DNA of 64,000 nt from Lysobacteraceae bacterium (GTDB taxonomy: Bacteria; Pseudomonadota; Gammaproteobacteria; Nevskiales; Nevskiaceae): contig PNMW01000055.1 in NCBI GenBank assembly GCA_013823855.1, positions 234 to 64,233 on the forward strand. The letters run 5' to 3'. The translations under genes were made by a program, and so were the position numbers. Shown one piece after another: positions 19,386-28,707 of the stretch. The first letter of the stretch is position 1; each line of letters opens with the position of its first letter. The notes beneath the pieces are model-generated. The model ran no database searches. It was not told the DNA's origin and saw only the letters and a program-made list of their open reading frames with translations.

Positions 19386-19801
19386 ACCACGAGCGCAAGC
19401 AGCCGCCGCCCCGGCGCGGCCAGCCCGAGGATGAAACGATGGACGGATCGATGTTCCTGAGCGGGCGCGCCGGCCCGCTGTCCCCGGGCGACGATGCCTG
19501 GATCGAATCGCTGCTGCGTGACGATGCCGCCCGCCAGCCGCACATCGCCGACGACGGCTTCGTGGTCCGCGTGCTGATGAACATGCCGGCACCGAAGCAG
19601 CCGGCGCCGCGCTGGATCGTGCCGGCGGCAACCGCCACCGGCTGCGCGATCGCGGCGCTGTTCACGCCGGCCGGCGCGTGGTTTGCCAGCACCCTGGTGC
19701 AGCTGCTGGACATCCGCAATTTCTCCGCCAACCACCTGAGCGTGCTGGTGCCGCTGGCGGTGTTCTACGGCTGCTCGTTCTCGGCCCTGCGCGAACGCTG
19801 A
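19382..19801 (+). CDS. Putative membrane anti-sigma factor (DUF5056-like)
   Basis: ATGA overlap with the sigma gene; IADDGFVVRV motif followed by TM segments. Confidence 0.65.
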   Translation: MNHERKQPPPRRGQPEDETMDGSMFLSGRAGPLSPGDDAWIESLLRDDAARQPHIADDGFVVRVLMNMPAPKQPAPRWIVPAATATGCAIAALFTPAGAWFASTLVQLLDIRNFSANHLSVLVPLAVFYGCSFSALRER

Positions 19802-19918
19802 AGCAGTGGGCGGCCGCGAGCCGCTCCCCGGGCTGCGCGGTTTCGATCCGGCTTGCGGCGTGGCGGGTCATTGAGTACCGTCCCGCGACTTTTGCAGCCC
19901 CCGACGAACCCCGCAGCG

Positions 19919-21859
19919 ATGGCCACCCCGAACTCATCCGCCTATGGCGCCGAGCAGATCGAAGTCCTTTCCGGCCTCGATCCGGTTCGCAAGCGTCCCG
20001 GCATGTACACCGACACCGCGCGCCCGAACCATCTGGCCCAGGAAGTCATCGACAACTCGGTCGACGAAGCGCTGGCGGGTCACGCCAAACGCATCGACGT
20101 GGTGCTGCTCGCCGACGGCTCGCTGAAAGTCAGTGACGACGGCCGCGGCATGCCGGTCGATATCCACCCCGAGCACGGCGTGTCCGGTGTCGAACTGATC
20201 CTGACCAAGCTGCACTCGGGTGCGAAGTTCTCGAACAAGGCCTACGGCTTTTCCGGCGGCCTGCACGGCGTCGGCGTGTCGGTGGTCAATGCGCTGTCGA
20301 AGAAGCTCGAAGTGCGCGTGGTCCGCGGTGGCGGCGAATTCCTGATCGGCTTCGCCGACGGCCACAAGGCCAGCGAGCTGACCCGGATCGGCGATGCGCC
20401 GACGCGCAAGTCCGGCACCACCGTGCACTTCTGGCCGGACGAGCAGTACTTCGATTCGCCGAAGTTCTCGGTGCCGCGCCTGAAGCAGGTGCTGCGCGCC
20501 AAGGCCGTGCTGTGCCCGAACCTGAAGGTCACGCTGGACGACCAGATCAACGGCGAGCAGACCGTCTGGCAGTACGAGAACGGCCTGCTCGACTACCTGA
20601 AGGACGCGCTGAACGGTGCGGAGGTGCTGCCGGCCCATCCCTTCGTCGGCAAGTTCACCGCCAAGCGCGAGGAAGCCGAATGGGCGCTGTGCTGGGTCGC
20701 TTCGGGCCCGGAAGCGGTTGCCGAGTCGTACGTGAACCTGATTCCGACCGCCCAGGGCGGCACCCATGTCAACGGTCTGCGCACCGGCCTGACCGAAGCG
20801 ATCCGCGAGTTCTGCGAGTTCCGCAACCTGTTGCCGCGCGGCCTGAAGCTGTCGCCGGAAGACGTCTGGGCCGGCTGCAGCTACGTGCTCAGCATCAAGA
20901 TGCTCGACCCGCAGTTCGCCGGCCAGACCAAGGAGCGGCTGTCGTCGCGCGAAACCGCCGCCTTCGTCCAGGGCGTGGTCCACGACAGCTTCAGCGTCTG
21001 GCTGAACCAGCATCCGCAGGAGGGCGAGCAGGTCGCCCAGCTGGTGATCGCCAACGCCAATGCGCGGATGAAGCTGGCCAAGCAGGTGGTCCGCAAGAAG
21101 ATCACCAGCGGACCGGCACTGCCGGGCAAGCTGGCCGACTGCGTGCTGACCGACCTCAACCAGACCGAGCTGTTCCTGGTCGAAGGCGATTCCGCTGGCG
21201 GCTCGGCCAAGCAGGCCCGCGATCGCGATACCCAGGCGATCATGCCGTTGCGCGGCAAGATCCTGAATTCCTGGGAAGTCGATGCCAACGAAGCGCTGGC
21301 GTCGAACGAAATCCACGACATCAGCGTCGCCATCGGCGTCGATCCGGGCTCGAAAGATCTGACCGGCCTGCGCTACGGCAAGATCTGCGTGCTCGCCGAT
21401 GCCGACTCCGACGGCCTGCACATCGCCACGCTTCTTTGCGCGCTGTTCCTCAAGCACTACCGGCCGCTGGTCGCCGCCGGGCACGTCTACATCGCGATGC
21501 CGCCGCTGTTCCGCATCGACGCCGGCAAGCAGGTGTTCTACGCGCTCGACGAGGCCGAGAAGCAGGGCATCCTCGACCGCCTGCAGGCCGAAGGCAACAA
21601 GTCGAAGCTCAATGTCACGCGCTTCAAGGGCCTCGGCGAAATGAACCCGCTGCAGCTGCGCGAAACGACGATGAGCCGCGACACCCGGAGGCTGGTGCAG
21701 CTGACGCTCGATGGCGCGGTCGACACCGGCATTCCCGATGAGGAAGGGGCAGCAGCGCCGGTCACCGTCGACGCGATCATGGACATGATGCTGGCCAAGA
21801 AGCGCGCCGGCGACCGCAAGGCCTGGCTCGAAGAGAAGGGCGACAAGGCCGAGGTCTGA
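19919..21859 (+). CDS. parE: DNA topoisomerase IV subunit B
   Basis: LDPVRKRPGMYTD, EVIDNSVDEALAG, LFLVEGDSAGGSAK, DADSDG, RFKGLGEMNP. Confidence 0.96.
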   Translation: MATPNSSAYGAEQIEVLSGLDPVRKRPGMYTDTARPNHLAQEVIDNSVDEALAGHAKRIDVVLLADGSLKVSDDGRGMPVDIHPEHGVSGVELILTKLHSGAKFSNKAYGFSGGLHGVGVSVVNALSKKLEVRVVRGGGEFLIGFADGHKASELTRIGDAPTRKSGTTVHFWPDEQYFDSPKFSVPRLKQVLRAKAVLCPNLKVTLDDQINGEQTVWQYENGLLDYLKDALNGAEVLPAHPFVGKFTAKREEAEWALCWVASGPEAVAESYVNLIPTAQGGTHVNGLRTGLTEAIREFCEFRNLLPRGLKLSPEDVWAGCSYVLSIKMLDPQFAGQTKERLSSRETAAFVQGVVHDSFSVWLNQHPQEGEQVAQLVIANANARMKLAKQVVRKKITSGPALPGKLADCVLTDLNQTELFLVEGDSAGGSAKQARDRDTQAIMPLRGKILNSWEVDANEALASNEIHDISVAIGVDPGSKDLTGLRYGKICVLADADSDGLHIATLLCALFLKHYRPLVAAGHVYIAMPPLFRIDAGKQVFYALDEAEKQGILDRLQAEGNKSKLNVTRFKGLGEMNPLQLRETTMSRDTRRLVQLTLDGAVDTGIPDEEGAAAPVTVDAIMDMMLAKKRAGDRKAWLEEKGDKAEV

Positions 21860-22163
21860 TTCCGGCCATTGGCGCCGTTGGCTGCGGGTACCAACGCCTT
21901 GCCGATGCTGTTGCCGGCCGGCTCGTCCCCGGCGGTGATCACCCGTTCGGCCGACCACTGCAGCGGCGGCGAACCGGCCTCGTCCCGCATGGCGTCGTGG
22001 GAATCGGGCGCGGCCCGCGTCTGGTCCTGCGGCAAGGCCGCACCGGTCGCGGCCGGCACTGACGGCGCTTCGGCGCTGGCCGGCAGCGGCACCGACATGC
22101 CCGGCGGAAAGCGCTGGCTTGCCAGCGCGGACAGGCGGCGGAACGCGGCCGTCGTCTCGGGGC

Positions 22164-23228
22164 TCATTCGGGCGGGGGACGGCGGATCTTCTTCAGGCGG
22201 GCCATCGCACCGCGGCCGGCCTGCAGGCTTTCGCTGTAGCGGATCACCATCCGCTCGGTCTTCCAGCGGCCCTGACGCATGATCTCGGCACCGCTGAAGT
22301 TCGCCGCGATCAGGTCCTGCGCCGCACCGACGCGGGTGCTGTGGCCGGACACCAGGGTCGGGTCGATGCCGGCCTGCAGCGCCCGTTCCTTGAAGATGCG
22401 GGCGACATCGCGGTCCGACAGCGGCCTGGCGTAGCGATCGGCCCTGTTCGACTTCGGTACCGAGCGGAAAATCGGCCCATCGACCAGGCCGGCAATCGCC
22501 AGCCAGTCCCGGATCAGCGCCAGCGTTTCCGGCGACAGGTACTGCAGGAAGCCGCTGCCTTCCTGGTCGGTCTTGCTGTTCGGCAGGAAGATCCGGCCGG
22601 AGCCGTCGGCTTCCTCGGACAGGTCCTCGATCCGCAGCACGATCAGTTCCGAGCGCCGGAACATGGTCTCGAACGCGGTCGACACCAGCGCGGCGTCGCG
22701 GACATCGCGCGGATTGCCGAGATCCAGCACGGCGATGATCCTGTCGATGTCGTCCAGCGTCAGGCCCCGGGCCTGGCGCTGGCGGGCGCTCAGATGCTCG
22801 CGACGCAGGCCGCGCCACATCAGCCGGGCTTCCATCGAGTCCATCGGCGACGGCAGCTCGGCCAGCCGATGGACCACGGTCAAGGTGGCGAGGTAGTGAT
22901 CGATGGTCGCGCGCTTGCGGCCGGCGGCAATCCGTTCCATCACGAAAGCGCGCAGCGCCGCCACGCTGGCCGGCAGCGGCACGTGGCCTTCACGGGTGCA
23001 GAACTCGGTCCAGACCCGCCAGTCGGCCCGCCAGCTCTTCAGCGTGTTCGGCGCGTAGGCGATCTTCAGGTCGTCGGCCATCGCCCGCAGCCGGTCGACC
23101 GCACCGTTCGGCGTCTGCGCCAGCAGTTCGGTCACCGCGCCATGACGGCTGAAGGCGGAATCCGGTCGGGTTTCGGGCTTGTTCACGCGGCGGCAGGGCA
23201 AGGGGGACGGCGACAGGAAACGGCGCAC
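22164..23228 (-). CDS. Cre-like tyrosine recombinase with N-terminal core-binding domain
   Basis: Catalytic set: RRSEL, SKTDQEG, GHSTRVG, GRWK, IRY; start codon uncertain. Confidence 0.9.
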   Translation of the reverse strand: MRRFLSPSPLPCRRVNKPETRPDSAFSRHGAVTELLAQTPNGAVDRLRAMADDLKIAYAPNTLKSWRADWRVWTEFCTREGHVPLPASVAALRAFVMERIAAGRKRATIDHYLATLTVVHRLAELPSPMDSMEARLMWRGLRREHLSARQRQARGLTLDDIDRIIAVLDLGNPRDVRDAALVSTAFETMFRRSELIVLRIEDLSEEADGSGRIFLPNSKTDQEGSGFLQYLSPETLALIRDWLAIAGLVDGPIFRSVPKSNRADRYARPLSDRDVARIFKERALQAGIDPTLVSGHSTRVGAAQDLIAANFSGAEIMRQGRWKTERMVIRYSESLQAGRGAMARLKKIRRPPPE

Positions 23229-23333
23229 CGCGATTGTCCACGATCCGCGCGGCAGCCTGGCCGCCGATCCGCTTTGCCGCCGTGTCGCCGGGCTCGCAGG
23301 GCGCGGTCCGGCGCCGGGGTTCGATTATTAGTG

Positions 23334-23373
23334 TCGATCGAAAGAATATAAAGAAGCGATTTCTTATTCATTA
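23334..23373 (+). promoter_or_regulatory. AT-rich putative LysR/CysB-type binding region upstream of mbnP-like gene
   Basis: TCGATCGAAAGAATATAAAGAAGCGATTTCTTATTCATTA; resembles the ssuF/cysB upstream sequence at 40852-40891 (minus strand). Confidence 0.5.
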
Positions 23374-23405
23374 CAGTAGCGACCGGCTCCGACTGCACCC
23401 CTCCC

Positions 23406-24191
23406 GTGCTCATCCGCTTTCCATCGCGCCAGCTCGTCGTGCTGCTCGCCCTCCTGCTGGGGCTGACCGGCTGCCGGGACGCCCGCGCACCTTCGACCAG
23501 GCTCGACATCGAGATCAGTCACGTCGCCGGCGCGGCCGTGCTGGAGAAGGGCGGCGAGATCATCACGCCGGCCGGCGAAGTGCTGAAAGTCGCCAAGCTG
23601 CAGTACTACCTGTCGAACCTTCGCCTGCTGCGGCCGGACGGCAGCGGGTGGACGCCGAGCCATGATCCGAAGACCTCCGACGGCTACTGGCTGGTCGATC
23701 TCGCCAAGCCGGAGACCCAGCGCTTCGAGATCCGCGGTGCGCCGGCAGGCGAATACACCGGCATCGAGCTGCTGATCGGCGTTGATGCCGCCCGCAACAC
23801 CGCGGGTGCCCAGACCGGCACGCTCGATCCGGCGCTCGGCATGTTCTGGACCTGGGCGACCGGCTACATTCATTTCAAGCTCGAAGGCCAGTCGCCGGCG
23901 TCGACCGAAGCCGGGCAGGCGGTGACCCTGCATCTCGGCGGTGACGGCCTGCAGCGCAGCGTGTTCCTGCCGTTTGCGCCCAAGCCGTTGCGCCTGTCGC
24001 CGGAACTACGCGCGACCGTGCACCTGCACGCCGATCTCGCGGCCCTGCTCGGTGGCGAGCCGCCGGTGTCGTTCGCGAAGGCGGCGCTGGTCATGCAGGC
24101 GGCGGAAGGTCGGGTGCTGGCCGCTCGGCTGCCGGAGTTCCTGAAGCTCGATCACCTGCATCACGAGCCGTTCGCAAGCGCGGCGCACTGA
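23406..24191 (+). CDS. MbnP-family copper-binding lipoprotein
   Basis: Lipobox LTGC; LQYYLSNLRL; GMFWTWATGYIHFKLEG containing the WxW motif; paired with a diheme peroxidase. Confidence 0.85.
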   Translation: MLIRFPSRQLVVLLALLLGLTGCRDARAPSTRLDIEISHVAGAAVLEKGGEIITPAGEVLKVAKLQYYLSNLRLLRPDGSGWTPSHDPKTSDGYWLVDLAKPETQRFEIRGAPAGEYTGIELLIGVDAARNTAGAQTGTLDPALGMFWTWATGYIHFKLEGQSPASTEAGQAVTLHLGGDGLQRSVFLPFAPKPLRLSPELRATVHLHADLAALLGGEPPVSFAKAALVMQAAEGRVLAARLPEFLKLDHLHHEPFASAAH

Positions 24192-25282
24192 TGCACGGGT
24201 CACGACCGGACGGGCGCCGCGGCGCCGGCCAGGTGTCGCTGCTGGCGGCGCTGGTCCTGCTGGCGATCGCTGCGCTGGCGCTCGATGCGCGCGGCGGCAT
24301 CGGCCTGCTCGGCGAGCAGCTGGCGCTGCTGCGAACGCCGAGTTTCACGGTGCCGGACGGCTGGCCGCAGCCGGTCTACGACTTCCGCGACAACCCGATC
24401 ACCGCCGCCGGCTTCGCGCTCGGTCGCGAGCTGTTCTACGACCCCCGGCTGTCGCGCGATGGCAGCATCGCCTGCGCCAGCTGCCATCAGCAGTTCGCGG
24501 CGTTCGCGCACTACGATCATCCGGTCAGCCACGGCATCGGCAACCGCAACGGCAGCCGCAATGCGCCGGGTCTTTACAACCTCGCCTGGCTGCCGCAGCT
24601 GATGTGGGACGGCTCGGCGCACAACCTCGAAGTACAGCCGCTCGGCCCGATCGCCAATCCGGTCGAGATGGACGCCCGGCTGCCGGATCTGCTCGACCGG
24701 CTGCGCGCCGATCCGCACTACCGGCAGCGCTTCGAGGCCGCATTCGGCACGCCGGACATCGATAGCCAGCGGATGCTCAGGGCACTGGCCCAGTTCACCG
24801 GCACTCTGCTGTCGGCCGACAGCCGCTACGACCGCTACCTGCGCGGCGACACGGACGCGCTGGCCGCGACCGAGCAGGCCGGCCTCGCCGCGTTCCGCCG
24901 CCACTGCAGCGCCTGCCACGCCGAACCGCTGTTCAGCGATTTCAGCTACCGCGACAACGGCCTCGACGCGCTGCCGCGCGATGCCGGCCGTGCCACGGTC
25001 ACCGCGCGCGACGACGACCGTGGCCGCTTCCGGGTGCCGAGCCTGCGCAACATCGGCCTGAGCCCGCCGTACATGCACGACGGCCGTTTCGACACGCTGG
25101 CGCAGGTCGTCGATCACTACCGCAGCGGCGTGGCGGCCAGCGAGCGGGTCGATCCGGTCCTGCGCGGCGGCCTGCCGATCAGCGACGCCGAGCGCTCGGC
25201 GCTGCTGGCTTTCCTGAACACGCTCGACGATCCGGCGTTCACGCACGACGTGCGGTTCGCCGACCCGGCGCGGCGACGCTAG
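24191..25282 (+). CDS. MbnH/MauG-like diheme cytochrome c peroxidase-family protein
   Basis: CASCH and CSACH; RNAPGL; VPSLRNIGLSPPYMHDGRF; TGATG coupling to mbnP. Confidence 0.9.
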   Translation: MHGSRPDGRRGAGQVSLLAALVLLAIAALALDARGGIGLLGEQLALLRTPSFTVPDGWPQPVYDFRDNPITAAGFALGRELFYDPRLSRDGSIACASCHQQFAAFAHYDHPVSHGIGNRNGSRNAPGLYNLAWLPQLMWDGSAHNLEVQPLGPIANPVEMDARLPDLLDRLRADPHYRQRFEAAFGTPDIDSQRMLRALAQFTGTLLSADSRYDRYLRGDTDALAATEQAGLAAFRRHCSACHAEPLFSDFSYRDNGLDALPRDAGRATVTARDDDRGRFRVPSLRNIGLSPPYMHDGRFDTLAQVVDHYRSGVAASERVDPVLRGGLPISDAERSALLAFLNTLDDPAFTHDVRFADPARRR

Positions 25283-25294
25283 GCGCCGCGGTCG

Positions 25295-28200
25295 GTGTTC
25301 CGTTCCCTGCTCGAAGCGAGCCTGCGCCACCGCGCGCTGGTGATCGCGCTGGCGATCGCGCTGATCGGCATCGGCCTGTTCGAGGCCTCCCGCCTGCCGG
25401 TCGACGTGCTGCCCGACCTGACCCGGCCGACCGTCGCCGTGCAGATCGAAGCCCCGGGTTTCGCGGTTGTCGATGTCGAGACCCAGGTCGCCTATCCGCT
25501 GGAAACCGCGCTCAGCGGCCTGCCCGGCATCAACCGGCTGCGCTCGCTGTCGACCGCCGGGCTGGCGATCGTCTACGCCGAGTTCGACTGGGATTCCGAC
25601 CTCTACCGCAGCCGGCAGCTGGTCGCCGAACGGCTGGAAGCCGCGCGCGGCCAGTGGCCGGAAGGGCTGGTGCCGCGGATCGGCCCGCCGACCTCGCTGA
25701 TGGGCGAGATCCTGCTGGTGGCGCTGCAGGCCGACGGCGCCGAGGCCGATCCGCGGACGCTGCGCAGCCATGCCGACTGGGTCCTGCGCCCGGCGCTGCT
25801 GGCGGTACCGGGGGTGGCGCAGGTACTGGCGATCGGCGGCGAGATCCGCCAGTACGAAGTGCAGCCGGACCCGGCGCGGATGCGCCTGTTCGGCGTCAGC
25901 CTCGACGAGCTGCAGGCCGCCCTGCGGGGCTACGGCCAGAATCTCGGTGGCGGCCTGATCGAATCGGGCGGGCAGGAAGTCGCGGTGCGTGCCGCCGGCA
26001 AGCCATTCGCATTCGATGAGCTGGCGCAGGTCGCGGTGGCCAGGAAGGGAGCCGCCGTGGTGCGGGTCGGGCAGGTGGCGGATCTCGCCGTCGGCCATCG
26101 CTTTCCGCGCGGCGCCGCCGGCGCCAACGGTCGCGCGGCGGTGATCCTGGCAATCCAGAAGCAGCCCGGCATCGACACCCTGGCGCTGACCGAGGCGCTG
26201 GACGCGAAGCTGGTCGCGCTCGATGCCAGCCTGCCGGCCGGCAGCCGGCGGCTGACCGTGTTCCGGCAGGCCGATTTCATCCGTCATTCGGTCGACAACG
26301 TGCTCGACGCGCTGCGCGATGGCGCGGTGATCGTCGCGATCATCCTGTTCGTGTTCCTGCTCAGCGGTCGCGCCACGCTGATCGCGCTGACCGCGATTCC
26401 GCTGTCGGTGCTGGCGGCGATCCTGGCGCTGACCGCGCTGGGCCTGTCGATCAACACGATGACCCTGGGTGGCCTGGCGATCGCGGTCGGCGAGCTGGTC
26501 GACGACGCGGTGGTCGGCGTCGAGAACGTGGTCCGCCGGCTGCGCCAGCGGCCCGCGAGCGGCGCGGCGCTGATCGCGACGGTCGGCCGCGCCACCCTCG
26601 AAGTGCGCTCGGGCATCCTCTACGCGACCCTGCTGATCGTGCTGGTGTTCGTGCCGCTGTTCGCGCTCGGCGGCGTCGAGGGCCGACTGTTCGCGCCGCT
26701 CGGCATCGCCTACATCGTGGCGATCCTCGGCAGTCTGGTGGTGGCGATCACGGTGACGCCGGTGCTGTGTTCGGGCCTGTTCGGACAGGCCGCGCACCTG
26801 CCGGTCGAGCCGCGCTGGCTGCTGGCGCTGAAAGCCGGCTATCTGCGGCTGCTCGGCCGGGTGCTGGCGCGGCCGCGCGCGGTGCTGGCCGGCACCGGCC
26901 TGCTGCTGCTCGCCAGCCTGCTGCTGGCCGCGCAGCTGCCGCGCAGCTTCCTGCCGCCGTTCAACGAAGGCACCCTGACCATCAACCTGATCGCCGAGCC
27001 CGGCATCGCGCTCGGCGAATCGGACCGGCTCGGCCGGATCGCCGAGAACCTGATTCTCGAGGTGCCGGAAGTGGCCGCCGTCGGTCGGCGTACCGGCCGT
27101 GCCGAGGCCGACGAGCATGCCGAGGGCGTGCATTACTCGGAACTCGACGTCAGCCTGCAGAACCGCGCTGGGGGCCGGCCGCATGGCGAGATCAGCGCCG
27201 ACATCCGCGCCCGGCTCGCCGTGCTGCCGGCGGCGGTGTCGATCGGCCAGCCGATCTCGCATCGCCTCGACCATCTGCTGTCCGGCGTGCGGGCGCCGCT
27301 GGTGGTCAAGGTGTTCGGGCCGGATCTGCCGACGCTGCGGCGGCTGGCGACCGAGGTGCAGGCGACGCTGGCCGCGCTCGACGGCCTTGCCGACGTGCTG
27401 ATCGAGCCGCAGCTGGACACGCCGCAGTTCGAGATCGACCTCGATGCCCGGGCCGCCGCCGATGCCGGCATTTCGCCGGCCCGCGCGCAGTCGGCGATCA
27501 ATGCCCTGACCGTCGGCAGCCGGCTGGCGCAGATCGTCGAAGGCGAGGCGCGGACCGAACTGCTGCTGCGCCTGCCGGACAGCGCGCGCAACGAGGCATC
27601 GCTGGAAGACCTGCAGATCGACGGGCCGGCCGGCCCGGCGCCGCTGAGCTGGCTGGCGGAATTCCGGCACGGTGCGGCGCCGAACCAGATCCTGCGCGAG
27701 CACCTGCAGCGGCGCATCGCGATCACCGCGTTCCCGGCGGACCACGGCTTCGATGCCGCTGCCGCGCAGGCCGCGCGCAGGCTGGCCGACCTGACGCTGC
27801 CGCCCGGCTACCGGGTGGTGCTCGAAGGTCAGGCGGCGTCGCGATCGGCGGCCACCCGGAAGATCGCCGCGCTGGGCTTGCTGTCGCTGCTGCTGATGGC
27901 GGCGGTGCTGTACGGCCGCTACGGATCGCTGGCGCTGACCGCGATCATCCTCGGCAACGTGCCGCTGGCCTTGATCGGCGGCGTGGCGGCGCTGACGGTG
28001 ACCGGCACGCCGCTGTCGGTCGCCAGCCTGATCGGCTTCGTCACCCTGGCCGGCATCGCCGCCCGCAACGGCATCCTGAAGATCAGTCATTACCTGACCC
28101 TGGCCCGCGACGAGGGCGAGCCGTTTGGCACGGCGCTGATCCTGCGCGGCTCGGCCGAACGGCTGACGCCGGTGCTGATGACCGCGCTGATCGCCGCGCT

Positions 28201-28387
28201 GTCGCTGACGCCGCTGATGCTCGATGGCGGTGCGCCGGGCAAGGAAATCCTGCATCCGGTGGCGCTGGTGATCTTCGGCGGCCTGCTGTCGTCGACCCTG
28301 CTCGACAGTTTCGTGACGCCGCTGCTGTTCCTGCTGCTGGGACGGGAGGCCGCCGGACAGCGCTGTCAGCGCGACGCACGGGCCTGA
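25295..28387 (+). CDS. CusA/CzcA-family heavy-metal RND permease
   Basis: PVDVLPDL, NTMTLGGLAIAVGELVDDAVV, DEHAEGVH, ERLTPVLMTA; 1030 aa. Confidence 0.93.
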   Translation: MFRSLLEASLRHRALVIALAIALIGIGLFEASRLPVDVLPDLTRPTVAVQIEAPGFAVVDVETQVAYPLETALSGLPGINRLRSLSTAGLAIVYAEFDWDSDLYRSRQLVAERLEAARGQWPEGLVPRIGPPTSLMGEILLVALQADGAEADPRTLRSHADWVLRPALLAVPGVAQVLAIGGEIRQYEVQPDPARMRLFGVSLDELQAALRGYGQNLGGGLIESGGQEVAVRAAGKPFAFDELAQVAVARKGAAVVRVGQVADLAVGHRFPRGAAGANGRAAVILAIQKQPGIDTLALTEALDAKLVALDASLPAGSRRLTVFRQADFIRHSVDNVLDALRDGAVIVAIILFVFLLSGRATLIALTAIPLSVLAAILALTALGLSINTMTLGGLAIAVGELVDDAVVGVENVVRRLRQRPASGAALIATVGRATLEVRSGILYATLLIVLVFVPLFALGGVEGRLFAPLGIAYIVAILGSLVVAITVTPVLCSGLFGQAAHLPVEPRWLLALKAGYLRLLGRVLARPRAVLAGTGLLLLASLLLAAQLPRSFLPPFNEGTLTINLIAEPGIALGESDRLGRIAENLILEVPEVAAVGRRTGRAEADEHAEGVHYSELDVSLQNRAGGRPHGEISADIRARLAVLPAAVSIGQPISHRLDHLLSGVRAPLVVKVFGPDLPTLRRLATEVQATLAALDGLADVLIEPQLDTPQFEIDLDARAAADAGISPARAQSAINALTVGSRLAQIVEGEARTELLLRLPDSARNEASLEDLQIDGPAGPAPLSWLAEFRHGAAPNQILREHLQRRIAITAFPADHGFDAAAAQAARRLADLTLPPGYRVVLEGQAASRSAATRKIAALGLLSLLLMAAVLYGRYGSLALTAIILGNVPLALIGGVAALTVTGTPLSVASLIGFVTLAGIAARNGILKISHYLTLARDEGEPFGTALILRGSAERLTPVLMTALIAALSLTPLMLDGGAPGKEILHPVALVIFGGLLSSTLLDSFVTPLLFLLLGREAAGQRCQRDARA

Positions 28388-28707
28388 TTGCTTATCGCCT
28401 TTCCGGCTTAGGTAAGACCAAAAGATTTTGAGACTTCGGCTTAATAACCTGACGTTAATAAGTTATTTGAAATTTTTCTTTAAAAACACCTATCAAAACG
28501 TAATTTTTAAAACCTAATCCGCGCGATCCCTTGCGAAATAATATATCCAGAACCACTCGTCAGAAGAACTTAAAACAATAGGATACGCGGGCTTGGGCTC
28601 CGTCAATTGATTGTCGCGCCAATAAAATGCCGATCAATCGATCAAGCCTGGGAAAACCTCGAAAAAGCATATTTTCAGAGTTCACCAAAGTCATGGGAGA
28701 TGTTCAC
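28388..28707 (+). promoter_or_regulatory. Long AT-rich promoter region of the SBP56-like gene
   Basis: Sharp AT enrichment, A/T tracts, AATAAC...GTTATT inverted repeat (28443-28467), GGGAGA RBS at 28695. Confidence 0.55.

Noticed and set aside
19919-21859. parE without adjacent parC
   Set aside because: Separation of parE and parC is common in proteobacteria
21538-22167. ORF coupled to the recombinase stop (MSPETTAAF...)
   Set aside because: Low complexity and overlaps parE antisense by over 300 nt; not called as a gene, only mentioned in the recombinase finding
23406-25282. Methanobactin biosynthetic cluster
   Set aside because: No mbnA/B/C-like genes in the window; mbnPH pairs also occur independently
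24200-28255. 1351-aa minus-strand ORF, and similar long antisense ORFs (6059-8986, 28675-31422, 19934-21958, 484-2415)
   Set aside because: Shadow ORFs of well-supported plus-strand genes in high-GC DNA; no recognisable motifs
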